A stretch of 61,959 nucleotides of DNA, the filler included. It is 7 parts of 7 records of this genome, joined end to end, with 100 filler letters (N's around TTAATTAATTAA, not from the genome) between each part and the next. Parts side by side here need not be neighbours in the genome. Positions count along the whole stretch, not along the records: positions 1 to 18,761 come from SRR2962707_947; positions 18,862 to 25,890 come from SRR2962707_948; 5 more parts are not named here. One strand, given 5' to 3'. The position numbers and the translations under genes are program-made. The first letter of the stretch is position 1. The number at the start of each line of letters is the position of its first letter. This document shows positions 9,849-18,960 of this stretch, piece by piece. The notes beneath the pieces were generated by a model. That model was not told where the DNA came from. It saw only the letters and a program-made list of their open reading frames with translations, and made no database searches.

Positions 9849-10943
9849 ATGACCAGAAAGGTTGAAGCTGATACCTCCTTATTTCCTGGTCAGGTCGCGG
9901 ATATCGTCCAACGTGAAGTGGAAAGGGTGATTCTGCGCCAGATAAAGGGGATGGAGTATCTCAATCAGCGCGGCACTGACGCGGGAAAAACACCGAAGGC
10001 CGAACTTTACCGGCAGGGAACCCTGGTCCTCTATCACTACCTGCCACAGACGGAGGAGGTTTATCGCGTACCGGTTCTGTTGGTGATGTCCTTGATCAAC
10101 AAGCCGTACATTATCGACCTGGCTCCCGGGCAAAGCCTGGTCGAGTATCTGGTTCAAAACGGCTTTGACGTGTACCTGATTGACTGGGGCGCGCCGCGGG
10201 ACGAGGACAGGAGTCTGCGTCTGGAGGATTACGTCATGGACTTCCTGCCCACTTGTGTCGCCCGTGTCCAGGAGGACAGCGGCGAGCCCGATGTTTCAAT
10301 TCTGGGGTACTGCTTCGGCGGGCTGCTGTCGGTTTTGTATGCAACACAGTATCCGCACGGCCCGCTGAAGAATCTGCTATGCCTGACCACGCCAATCGAT
10401 TTCTCAGGAATGACGTTACAGAGGGCATGGACGGACAAGCGTCATTTCGACGTTGACGATATCGTTGACCGATTAGGAAACGTGCCCGCCGAGATGATTC
10501 TTGCATCCTTTGACATGCTGAGACCGGCCTCACGCTTTTTTTCCCAGATTCGGCTTTGGGACAACATGTGGAATGACGAATTCGTCACCGCGTATCGCCG
10601 GCTGGACCGCTGGAGTAACGATCAAATCCCTTTTGCCGGGGAATGCTTTCGTCAGACCGTTAAGGAGCTGCTTCAGGAGAATCGTCTGGTCGAAGGGCGC
10701 TTTCAACTCAATGGCCGAAAGGTCGATCTCGGAGAGATAACGGTGCCTTTTATGCATGTAGTAGCGAAGTACGATCACATCGTTCCTTATGAATCCGCCC
10801 GATGCCTGGTTCACCAGGTGGCGTCGGAGGATCGTATCGAGGAGGTTATCGAGGGCGGGCATGTCAGTCTCGTTGCTGGCCGGAACGCGATCAAACGTCT
10901 ATGGCCAAGAATCGACGGATGGTTGTCGGAGCGTTCGTTATGA
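9849..10943 (+). CDS. phaC: Class III/IV-type polyhydroxyalkanoate synthase catalytic subunit
   Basis: 364 aa; TPK..., PVLLV.SLINKPYIIDL.PG.S, DVYLIDWG, lipase box GYCFGG (catalytic Cys), YDHIVP (Asp), GGHVSL (His). Confidence 0.93.
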   Translation: MTRKVEADTSLFPGQVADIVQREVERVILRQIKGMEYLNQRGTDAGKTPKAELYRQGTLVLYHYLPQTEEVYRVPVLLVMSLINKPYIIDLAPGQSLVEYLVQNGFDVYLIDWGAPRDEDRSLRLEDYVMDFLPTCVARVQEDSGEPDVSILGYCFGGLLSVLYATQYPHGPLKNLLCLTTPIDFSGMTLQRAWTDKRHFDVDDIVDRLGNVPAEMILASFDMLRPASRFFSQIRLWDNMWNDEFVTAYRRLDRWSNDQIPFAGECFRQTVKELLQENRLVEGRFQLNGRKVDLGEITVPFMHVVAKYDHIVPYESARCLVHQVASEDRIEEVIEGGHVSLVAGRNAIKRLWPRIDGWLSERSL

Positions 10944-11542
10944 GTGCTGGTGATGAGCGTGCCGAGCGTTTGCCTCGCGAGCAGACCCTTGCCGACAAGT
11001 CCGTGCTACTGCGGTTAATGACACAATCCGACCAGGAGCCGATGCTCCGCTTCGCCTCCGCTCTGCCTGATCACGACTTGTTGTTTCTGATGCGGGACAT
11101 TACGCAACCGGCGGTGATTCGAAAATGGCTGGATGAGGTGCAGTCCGGTCGAATGATCGGGCTGGTGGCGGAGGGTAATAATCGGTTCTTGGGTACCGCG
11201 ACGGTTATCCCATCCAATGAGCCCTGGTCAACGCACGTGGGCGAACTTCGTGTTCTGGTCAGTGTTGATATGCGGGGCACCGGGCTGGGAACGGTGTTGG
11301 TACAGGAGGCCTTCGCCTCGGCGCTGGATCTGGGTATGGAAAGGCTGGTGGTACGGATGACCCCGGACCAAAAAGGGGCTATAGCCGTGTTCGAGGGGTT
11401 GGGGTTTCGCCCGGAGGGTGTTCTCCGGGATCACGTGAGAGATCTGCGAGGTAAAAAGCATGACCTACTTGTGATGGGACATGACGTCCGCGGCTTTCAG
11501 GCGGTACTTGGTGCCTATGGTTTCACCGATGCGCTTTCCTGA
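10940..11542 (+). CDS. GNAT-family acetyltransferase, translationally coupled to phaC
   Basis: ATG at 10940 overlaps the phaC TGA; acetyl-CoA motif MRGTGLGT, AIAVFEGLGF motif. Confidence 0.88.
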   Translation: MSAGDERAERLPREQTLADKSVLLRLMTQSDQEPMLRFASALPDHDLLFLMRDITQPAVIRKWLDEVQSGRMIGLVAEGNNRFLGTATVIPSNEPWSTHVGELRVLVSVDMRGTGLGTVLVQEAFASALDLGMERLVVRMTPDQKGAIAVFEGLGFRPEGVLRDHVRDLRGKKHDLLVMGHDVRGFQAVLGAYGFTDALS

Positions 11543-11569
11543 AGCAAAGGGCCAATAAGGAGTGGTGCG

Positions 11570-11800
11570 ATGAAAGTGACCATCAACGTGGAATGTACTC
11601 CGGAAGAGGCCCGTATTTTTTTGGGCCTGCCGAATTGGAAGCCGATGCAGGATCGCATGATGAAGGGCGCGGAGGAACGAGTGCAGAGCTACTTCAAAAA
11701 GCTTGATCCAAAGGAACTGGTCAGAACCTGGTTGCCGGTGGCGCCGGGAACGGAGCAATGGCAAGCGTTGTTCTCCAAATGGCGAGGGGAGGAAAAGTGA
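11570..11800 (+). CDS. DUF6489-like small protein
   Basis: MKVTINVECTPEEARIFLGLP matches my recollection of the DUF6489 N-terminus; TAAGGAG RBS. Confidence 0.75.
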   Translation: MKVTINVECTPEEARIFLGLPNWKPMQDRMMKGAEERVQSYFKKLDPKELVRTWLPVAPGTEQWQALFSKWRGEEK

Positions 11801-11981
11801 GTCGCGGGTATCAACGGACCAGCCCAATCCGTGTCCCAAAATGACCGGTTTGGCTGTCACTGCAAACCTCGTTGGGGTTCGGAGCCCTTGCTAACGTTGT
11901 TATTGGCAATCGTTTGGCTGATCCGGTAAGGGTCCATGTCCAAATCATTTTATAACCAGGCAGAGCAGGAGAGGCAGCAGC

Positions 11982-12434
11982 ATGGCAGCAAAAAGCGCCA
12001 AAGAATCAGCGGAAAAAAACGAAAACCCCGCCACCCAATGGGCCGATCAGGTGAAAGGTCTGTTCGAGAAGTACAAGTTGCCGGGAGTCGATCTGGAAGC
12101 TATCGCTGAATGGCAGAAGAAGGAACTCGAGGCTTTGAATGAAGCCAGTCGTCAGGCTTCGGAAGGAATCAGCACGCTGGTCAAACGGCGCGGCGAAATC
12201 CTTGAAGAAACCCTGCAGGAATGGCAGGTAGCGGTAAAGGAAGCCAGCGCGACGGGCGAGGGACTGGGCAAGCAGGGTGAAGCGGCCCGGGAGCGGCTGA
12301 AGAAGGCAATGAGTAATGTGCGAGAGTTGGCCGAGCTGGAAGTCAAAGCGCACAGTGATGCCTGGAAAGTGCTTCAGGACCGGCTGCAGGAGAACATGAG
12401 CAGTTTGCAAAAGCTGATTCAACCGAAGAAATAG
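11982..12434 (+). CDS. phaP: Phasin (PHA granule protein, Phasin_2 type)
   Basis: KLPGVDLEAIAEWQKKELEAL..A motif, helical Ala/Glu/Gln-rich body, VRELAEL...VLQDRLQE; in phaC cluster. Confidence 0.85.
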   Translation: MAAKSAKESAEKNENPATQWADQVKGLFEKYKLPGVDLEAIAEWQKKELEALNEASRQASEGISTLVKRRGEILEETLQEWQVAVKEASATGEGLGKQGEAARERLKKAMSNVRELAELEVKAHSDAWKVLQDRLQENMSSLQKLIQPKK

Positions 12435-12449
12435 CCGACCTCGTCGGGC

Positions 12450-12480
12450 GCCCGGGTGTCAAGGTTACACCCGGGCTTTG
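12450..12480 (+). terminator. Stem-loop after phasin gene
   Basis: GCCCGGGTGT-N7-ACACCCGGGC-TTTG. Confidence 0.6.
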
Positions 12481-12519
12481 GCAAAAATACCGTAGAGAAT
12501 AATAAGCACGGAGACGGGA

Positions 12520-13287
12520 ATGAGCTTATCCGAATTGCAGAACCTCGATGGCTGTGTCGCATTGGTTACGGGAGGCTCACGCGGGCTCGGTTTGCAGATG
12601 GCTGAAGTCCTCGGTGAGCTGGGTGCCAAGGTGGCGATCACTGCCCGTAAGATGCATGAACTGACCGCGGCAGCGGAGCATCTCCGGTCGCTGGGTATCG
12701 AGACCTTTCCGATTGTCTGTGACATGTCCAACCTTGATGCCATTCCCTCCATGGTGGGGACGGTAGTGGACGCCCTTGGGCCGATTGATGTCCTGGTGAA
12801 TAATGCCGGCACCTCATGGGGGGCAAGCACCATTGAGCACAGCCTGGACGGATGGCAGAAAGTCATCAATCTGAATGTGACGGCCATCTTCGTGATTACC
12901 CAGGAAGTAGGGCGGCGCTGCATGGTCCCTCGCAAGAGCGGCAAGGTTATAAATATCGCTTCGATTCAGGGGCTGGCTGGCCTCTATCCGGAAGGCATAC
13001 CGACGCTGGGCTACAACGCCAGCAAGGGTGCCGTGGTGAACATGACGCGGACCCTGGCCAACGAATGGGCGCCGCTTGGTATCAACGTCAATGCCATCGC
13101 ACCGGGTTACTTTCCCACCAAGATGACCGCTCAGTTGAGTGAAAGCGAAACGTCCAAAATGTCGGTAATGGACAGAGTGGGAGGCTCAGAGGACTTGAAA
13201 GGGGTGACGGCACTGTTCGCCACCAAGGCCGGTGCCTTCATTACCGGGCAAATTCTGGCTGTCGACGGCGGTGTCACCGCTGTCTGA
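12520..13287 (+). CDS. Short-chain dehydrogenase/reductase (SDR)
   Basis: TGGSRGLG, NNAG, catalytic YNASK, NAIAPG, ITGQILAVDGG. Confidence 0.92.
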   Translation: MSLSELQNLDGCVALVTGGSRGLGLQMAEVLGELGAKVAITARKMHELTAAAEHLRSLGIETFPIVCDMSNLDAIPSMVGTVVDALGPIDVLVNNAGTSWGASTIEHSLDGWQKVINLNVTAIFVITQEVGRRCMVPRKSGKVINIASIQGLAGLYPEGIPTLGYNASKGAVVNMTRTLANEWAPLGINVNAIAPGYFPTKMTAQLSESETSKMSVMDRVGGSEDLKGVTALFATKAGAFITGQILAVDGGVTAV

Positions 13288-13375
13288 TTGCTCGCATCCG
13301 TTTTCCCGCGTGCTCTTTGTTTGCCGTGGTTCGCGGGTGACGTGAAAGAATCGATGTCTTCCGGGGAGAAGCAGC

Positions 13376-14932
13376 ATGGAACATCTCAGCAGTATTGACG
13401 CCTCGTTCTTGCATCTGGAAACTCCTGAAACGCCAATGCACGTGGCGAGCCTGGCCTTGGTCGACGCCCCTGAGGGCGACATAACGGATTTCTATAACAA
13501 AGTAAAAAAACTGGTTGGCGATCGCATGCACCTGTCGGGCGTGCTGACACGAAAGCTGGCGGCGATGCCCTTTGAGCTGGCCGAACCGGTATGGATTGAA
13601 GATCACGACATCGATCTGGATTATCACATCCGCCACATGACGGTTCGCAAGCCGGGAACCATGCAGGAGTTTGATCAGCTGATTGGTCGTTTGCATTCAA
13701 TGTTACTTGATCGCAGCCGCCCTTTGTGGGAAATCTACGTAATTGACGGTCTGGAATCAGGGCAGGTTGGCATCTACGCCAAGCTTCACCACAGCGGCAT
13801 CGACGGCAAGGCGGGGATGGAGTTCGCCAAGGTGCTTTATGACACCACTGAGGAAATCCGCACGGTGATACCGCCTCGCCGCTCGCGCGGAGGCGCCTAC
13901 CAACTCGGTTTCGCTGAACTGCTGCGGGCCGGTTTTACCAATGCCGCGCACCAGTACCGGAAGCTGGCGGGCATGATGCCGGTAACCGCCAATTTGTGGG
14001 GCAAGGCCGCCAATATCATGGCCAGCCAATCGATGAAATCAGGAGAACGTCCCCTCAATCTGGGGATGGCGCCGCGCACCATTTTCAACGATTCGATCAC
14101 CAACCAGCGTTCCTTCGCACGTCTTACATTATCCATGGATGAGGTCAAGGCTCTGGGCAAGCGGGCCGGGGGGACCATCAATACGGTTATCATGACCATG
14201 TGCAGCGAGGCTTTGCGAGGCTTTCTCAAGGACCGCGGCCTGCTGCCCAAGGAGTCCCTGATCGCCATGGTTCCGGCCAGCTTGAGATCCGCTGACGACG
14301 ATACCATGAACAACCAGGTGACCATGATTCGCGTGGATCTTGCCACCGATATCGAAGATCTGAGAGAACGCTTCCATGCGATACATGATTCGTCCGAAGC
14401 GGGCAAATCAGTGGTCCGTGAGTTGAAGGAAGTGCTCGCCGTGGACTTCCCAGTGATGGGGGCGCCCTGGTTCATGACCGGCCTGGCATCCCTGATCGGG
14501 CGCAGCCGTCTGCTCAATCAGATGCCCGCGGTGGGCAATGTGCTGATTTCCAATGTGCCCGGTCCGCCGGTACCACTCTATATCGCCGGGGCCAGAATGC
14601 AGCATTATTACCCTGTCTCGATTCCCTACCATGGCAGTGGCCTGAATATCACTTTGCACAGCTACGCCGGGCAGCTTGAATTCGGTATTACCGCCTGTCG
14701 CAGAATGCTGCCGCAAGATGAGGCCTATGAGTTGCTGGAGCGATTGGAACAGGCGCTGCGCAAGATCGAGGCGCTGCCGAATGAAGCGGCGGCGGCCGAA
14801 GCCGCCGCCGGGGAAGCCAAGGTGGACGACACTGTGCCGGTGAAAAAGAAAGCCAGGGCGAAGACATCGACGGCCAGGAAGGCGCCTCGTCGACGCAAGG
14901 CCGCCACCGGAAAACCGTCTTCCGCGTCTTGA
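13376..14932 (+). CDS. Wax ester synthase/diacylglycerol acyltransferase (WS/DGAT)
   Basis: LS.IDASFL.LE..ETPMHV, LDRSRPLWE, catalytic HHSGIDG (HHxxxDG), NVLISNVPGP, LNIT..SY. Confidence 0.95.
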   Translation: MEHLSSIDASFLHLETPETPMHVASLALVDAPEGDITDFYNKVKKLVGDRMHLSGVLTRKLAAMPFELAEPVWIEDHDIDLDYHIRHMTVRKPGTMQEFDQLIGRLHSMLLDRSRPLWEIYVIDGLESGQVGIYAKLHHSGIDGKAGMEFAKVLYDTTEEIRTVIPPRRSRGGAYQLGFAELLRAGFTNAAHQYRKLAGMMPVTANLWGKAANIMASQSMKSGERPLNLGMAPRTIFNDSITNQRSFARLTLSMDEVKALGKRAGGTINTVIMTMCSEALRGFLKDRGLLPKESLIAMVPASLRSADDDTMNNQVTMIRVDLATDIEDLRERFHAIHDSSEAGKSVVRELKEVLAVDFPVMGAPWFMTGLASLIGRSRLLNQMPAVGNVLISNVPGPPVPLYIAGARMQHYYPVSIPYHGSGLNITLHSYAGQLEFGITACRRMLPQDEAYELLERLEQALRKIEALPNEAAAAEAAAGEAKVDDTVPVKKKARAKTSTARKAPRRRKAATGKPSSAS

Positions 14933-15079
14933 GGGGAAGGGAGTGAGTACCGGCCGCCAGCGGGTGGGCCGGTGCTCTCCTTAACGGAAAACGTAACCAA
15001 TAGTGTCAGAAGCTCTCGTCACCCCCGCGCTTGTGCCAGCATGCCCGTTGCTAATCGTTTACAACGTAAGGAAAACAAC

Positions 15080-15361
15080 ATGCTTGGAATCGTAGCTGTG
15101 CTGCAGGCGCAGGCCGGTAAAGGGGACGCTCTGGCGGCGGAAATGAACAAGATCGCGGCGGAAGTTCGCAAGGAAGAAGGTAACCATGCCTATAACGTTC
15201 ACCAGTCCCTGGACGACAAGGATGTGGTGATGATCTATGAGCAATACACGGATCAGGCGGCTCTGGAAGCCCACCGTGAGAACATGAAGGGGCTCGGTGG
15301 TGGTCTCAAGGACCTGCTGGCGGGACGTCCGGATGTGAAGCTCTTCCAGTTGGCGCAGTAA
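15080..15361 (+). CDS. Antibiotic biosynthesis monooxygenase (ABM)/putative quinol monooxygenase
   Basis: 93 aa from ATG 15080 (AAGGA RBS); R.EEGN..Y.V, IYEQY.DQAALEAH motif. Confidence 0.85.
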   Translation: MLGIVAVLQAQAGKGDALAAEMNKIAAEVRKEEGNHAYNVHQSLDDKDVVMIYEQYTDQAALEAHRENMKGLGGGLKDLLAGRPDVKLFQLAQ

Positions 15362-15411
15362 ACCTGCTGGGAAATGGCGCGGCGCTGCCGGGCCATTCCC
15401 CTTATCCGTAT

Positions 15412-16923
15412 TCAGTGCCCGCCTCTTAGTGTGATCACTGGCACCATGGCGAGGAGGCCGATACCCACGGCGGTGATCAGAGCGGTGAGGTTGAGGCTCT
15501 GGGTGAAAATCTCCCGCGCTTGCTCGAGTACCCCCGCCGGTAGCTGGTCCGCCACGGACACCGCCTGCCAAAGGCTTTCGTTGACGGCCGTGGATAGGGC
15601 TCCGAGTTGTTCGGTGGCGCAGATGCGATAGAGGCTGCCGCTGAGGCTGCCCAATATGGCGACGCCCAACGCCACTCCCAGTTCCTGTACCGTTTCCGAC
15701 AGCGAAGCCGCGGAGCCTGCTTTGCCCGTTGGCGCCGCCGCCACCACCAGATCGGTACCCAGCGCGGCGATGGCTCCCAGGCCCAGATAGATCAGGGCAA
15801 AGCCACTGACCACCTGTATCGTTCGAGCTTCCGCGTCCACCCAGGCCAGCATCAGATAGCCCAATACGGAGAAAAGCAGCGCTCCGGTCACCACCCGTCC
15901 GACCGGGAAGCGTCGGGTCAGCAGCGGCGCGCTGATCGCCGCCACCAGCATCGCCAGGGCCGGCGGTCCCATCCAGGCACCGGCGACGCGGGGAGACAGG
16001 CCACTGACCAGTTGCAGATACTGGGTCACCAGCAGCATGGCTCCACCCACCCCCATCAGACCCACCAACAGGATCAGCAGGGCCGCGGTGAACGAGCGGC
16101 CACGGAACAGGCTTAAATCCAGTAATGGATCCGCCAGGCGTCGTTGACGTTTGATGAACAGAAGCAGGCCGAGAGCACCAATCAACAGCGCGATGACCCC
16201 TTGCCAATCCAGGCCGTGCCTGGCGAAGTGCTTGACACCGTAGATCAGCGGCAGAAGTGCCAGAAGTGACAATGCCACGCTGCCCGGGTCCAGCCGTCCG
16301 CTGCTCTCATCGCGGTATTCGGGGAGCAGCCAGGGGGCGCAGAGCCACAGAACCGCTACCACCGGAAGTGCCACCAGAAAGGCGGATCCCCACCAGAAAT
16401 GATCCAAAAGCACACCCCCCACCAATGGGCCGGCGGCCATTCCCAGAGCGAACATGGTGGCCCAGATACCGATGGCCAGCGCCCGCTGGGATGGCTCCCG
16501 AAACAGGTTGCTGATCAGCGCCAGAGTCGAGGGCATCAGGGCGGCGCCGGTAAAGCCCAGTAACGCCCGCGCCACGATCAGTTGCGTGGCGGTGCTGGCG
16601 AAGGCGGCGAGTAAGGAAGCCAGGGCAAAGCCGGCGGCACCCAGCATCAGCAGTTTACGGCGCCCGATGCGATCACCAAGCGTCCCCATGGTGATCAGAA
16701 AGCCGCTGATGAAGAAGCCATAAATGTCCATGATCCACAGCGCCTGGGCACTGTCCGGTTTCAAGTCCGCGGCCAGCGCCGGAAAGGCGAGATACAGCAG
16801 CGTCACGTCCAGACCCAGTAACAGCGTCGGCAGGGCCAGAACGGCGAGGCCGGCCCATTGGCGCGGACCGGCACGGCTCGCCAATGGTGACGAGGGAGTG
16901 GGGTATTCACAGTATGAGGTCAT
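15412..16923 (-). CDS. DHA2-family MFS efflux transporter (QacA/SmvA-like)
   Basis: LD.T.L, WIMDIY, GTLGDRIGRRK motif A, GPLVGG motif C; many TM segments. Confidence 0.92.
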   Translation of the reverse strand: MTSYCEYPTPSSPLASRAGPRQWAGLAVLALPTLLLGLDVTLLYLAFPALAADLKPDSAQALWIMDIYGFFISGFLITMGTLGDRIGRRKLLMLGAAGFALASLLAAFASTATQLIVARALLGFTGAALMPSTLALISNLFREPSQRALAIGIWATMFALGMAAGPLVGGVLLDHFWWGSAFLVALPVVAVLWLCAPWLLPEYRDESSGRLDPGSVALSLLALLPLIYGVKHFARHGLDWQGVIALLIGALGLLLFIKRQRRLADPLLDLSLFRGRSFTAALLILLVGLMGVGGAMLLVTQYLQLVSGLSPRVAGAWMGPPALAMLVAAISAPLLTRRFPVGRVVTGALLFSVLGYLMLAWVDAEARTIQVVSGFALIYLGLGAIAALGTDLVVAAAPTGKAGSAASLSETVQELGVALGVAILGSLSGSLYRICATEQLGALSTAVNESLWQAVSVADQLPAGVLEQAREIFTQSLNLTALITAVGIGLLAMVPVITLRGGH

Positions 16924-17012
16924 CTCGCTTCTCCTATGGAAGAAGCGTTATTCTTGGGGCATTAAACTAACCGTACAATTTAAGCTCTTATGCTATTAGC
17001 AGGACTAACAGA

Positions 17013-17849
17013 ATGAGCCCGGTAAAATCTCTGGCCCGTACTCGGCGTGAGCTTGCGGAGTTCGTGCGACAACGTCGTGAGCGTGTGACGCCGGCGGAAG
17101 TGGGGCTGCCTTCCGGACCACGCCGCCGCACTCCGGGATTACGCCGGGAAGAGGTGGCGGCACTCGCCGGTGTCGGCATCACCTGGTATACGTGGTTCGA
17201 GCAGGGCAGGGATATCAATGTCTCGGAAACCTTTCTCCTCAACCTGTCCCGGGTGCTGAAGCTGAATGACGAGGACTGCTGCCATCTGTTTATGCTGGCG
17301 CAGCAGCGGCCGCCGGCCTACGAGGCCCGCCAGGCCACCGCGGTTTCCCGGTTAACCCAAGCGGTCCTGGATCAGCTCGCACCTTGCCCCGCCTATGTAA
17401 TGAATTTGCGCTGGGACCTGGTGGCCTGGAACCAGTCCGCCGATCATTGGTTCCGGTTGAACGAGCGCGCCGACACCGAGCGCAACCTGCTGCGTCTGGT
17501 ATTTCGTGACGACGTCCTGCGAGAACGAATGCCGGACTGGGAGCGGGATGCGCGGAAGCTGTTGGCGAACTTCCGTTGCGATCTGGCGGTGGCGCCGGAG
17601 GACCCGACAATGACGGCGTTTGTCGATGAAATGAGACGGTTGTCCGAGCCGTTCCGGCATTGGTGGGACGAGCCGGACCGGCAGGGCTATCAACGTGGCA
17701 TCAGCCGTCTGACAGGGGACGATGGCCGGGTGCGATCACTACGGCATGAGATGCTGATCGTGGACGAACACCTTCATTTACGCATGCTGGTATATTTTGA
17801 AGATGAGGCCGGGAACGGTGTCGGCGACACCGCGCGCCGGGGGAACTAG
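17013..17849 (+). CDS. XRE/MmyB-family transcriptional regulator, divergent from MFS
   Basis: [17 protein letters not shown]...WY.WFEQGR HTH; PAYV...RWD.VAWN and NLLRL MmyB ligand domain. Confidence 0.92.
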   Translation: MSPVKSLARTRRELAEFVRQRRERVTPAEVGLPSGPRRRTPGLRREEVAALAGVGITWYTWFEQGRDINVSETFLLNLSRVLKLNDEDCCHLFMLAQQRPPAYEARQATAVSRLTQAVLDQLAPCPAYVMNLRWDLVAWNQSADHWFRLNERADTERNLLRLVFRDDVLRERMPDWERDARKLLANFRCDLAVAPEDPTMTAFVDEMRRLSEPFRHWWDEPDRQGYQRGISRLTGDDGRVRSLRHEMLIVDEHLHLRMLVYFEDEAGNGVGDTARRGN

Positions 17850-18761
17850 GAATCGTTGTATTCCTGAATTTTCATTTTACCTAATTGCGACATGTGCACT
17901 TCGTCCGGACCGTCGGCGATGCGCACGAACCGGTTCAGAGTAAAGAAGTGCGCGATCGGTGTATCGTCGCTGACCCCCATGCCACCATGGGCCTGGATGG
18001 CGCGGTCGGTCACGTTCTGTGCCATCTGTGGCGCCACCACTTTGATTGCCGCGATCAGATCCTTGGCGTCCTTGTTGCCGTATTTGTCCATGCGGTCAGC
18101 GGCTTTCAGTGTTAGCAGGCGGGCTTGCTCGATATCGCAGAAAGAGCGGGCAATGTCCTGGCGGATACTGCTTTGCTCGGACAGTTTGCGACCGAACGCC
18201 ACTCGATTCTCCACCCGGCGGGCCATGATTTCGAGGCTGCGCTGAGCCTGGCCAATCGAGCGCATGCAATGGTGAATGCGGCCCGGGCCGAGTCGGCCCT
18301 GGGCGATTTCAAAGCCGCGTCCCTCGCCCAGAATCAGATTGCGTTTGGGAATACGCACATTCTCCAGGCGCAGCTCCGCTTCACCACCCGGTGAATTGAG
18401 ACTGCCGAATACCGTCAGATTGCGGACGATGTGAATCCCCGGCGTGTCGCGGGGAATGATCACGGTGGACTGTTGCTGGTGGCGAGGCGCGTCGGGGTCG
18501 GTTTTTCCCATTAATAACAGCACCTTACAGCGCGGATCCATGATACCGGAGATCCACCACTTGCGGCCATTGATGACGTAGTCGTCACCGTCGGATTTGA
18601 TTTCAGTTTCGATGTTGGTGGCGTCGGAGGAGGCCACCTGCGGTTCCGTCATCAGATAAGCGGAACGGATTTCTCCGTCCATCAGCGGCTTGAGCCATCG
18701 CTCCTGTTGTTCGGCATTGCCGTATTTGGCGAGCACTTCCATGTTGCCGGTGTCCGGGGCG
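17846..18761 (-). CDS. Acyl-CoA dehydrogenase (ACAD10/11-like), 5'-truncated at contig end
   Basis: [55 protein letters not shown]. Confidence 0.93.
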
Positions 18762-18861
18762 NNNNNNNNNNNNNNNNNNNNNNNNNNNNNNNNNNNNNNN
18801 NNNNNTTAATTAATTAANNNNNNNNNNNNNNNNNNNNNNNNNNNNNNNNNNNNNNNNNNNN
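18762..18861. other. Artificial contig spacer
   Basis: N44-TTAATTAATTAA-N44 (stops in all six frames). Confidence 0.99.
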
Positions 18862-18960
18862 TTTTAACGAACTTGTATACACCGCCTCAAATAATAAATG
18901 ATCCCATTCAAATTGGCGCTTCGGCAATTTTGCTGCGAATAGCCGGGAAACAATCGATGT

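Noticed and set aside
11903-11919. Possible sigma54 promoter upstream of phasin (TTGGCAATCGTTTGGCT)
   Set aside because: GG-N10-GC spacing fits but both boxes deviate from TGGCAC/TTGC; too weak without expression data.
15059-16207. 382-aa minus-strand ORF overlapping the MFS and ABM genes
   Set aside because: Alternative-frame shadow in GC-rich coding DNA; low-complexity G/R/P translation with no motifs.
18806-18817. Recurrent TTAATTAATTAA palindrome (six copies)
   Set aside because: Always centred in N44 blocks; an artificial six-frame-stop linker. ORFs running into X residues are artefacts or truncations.
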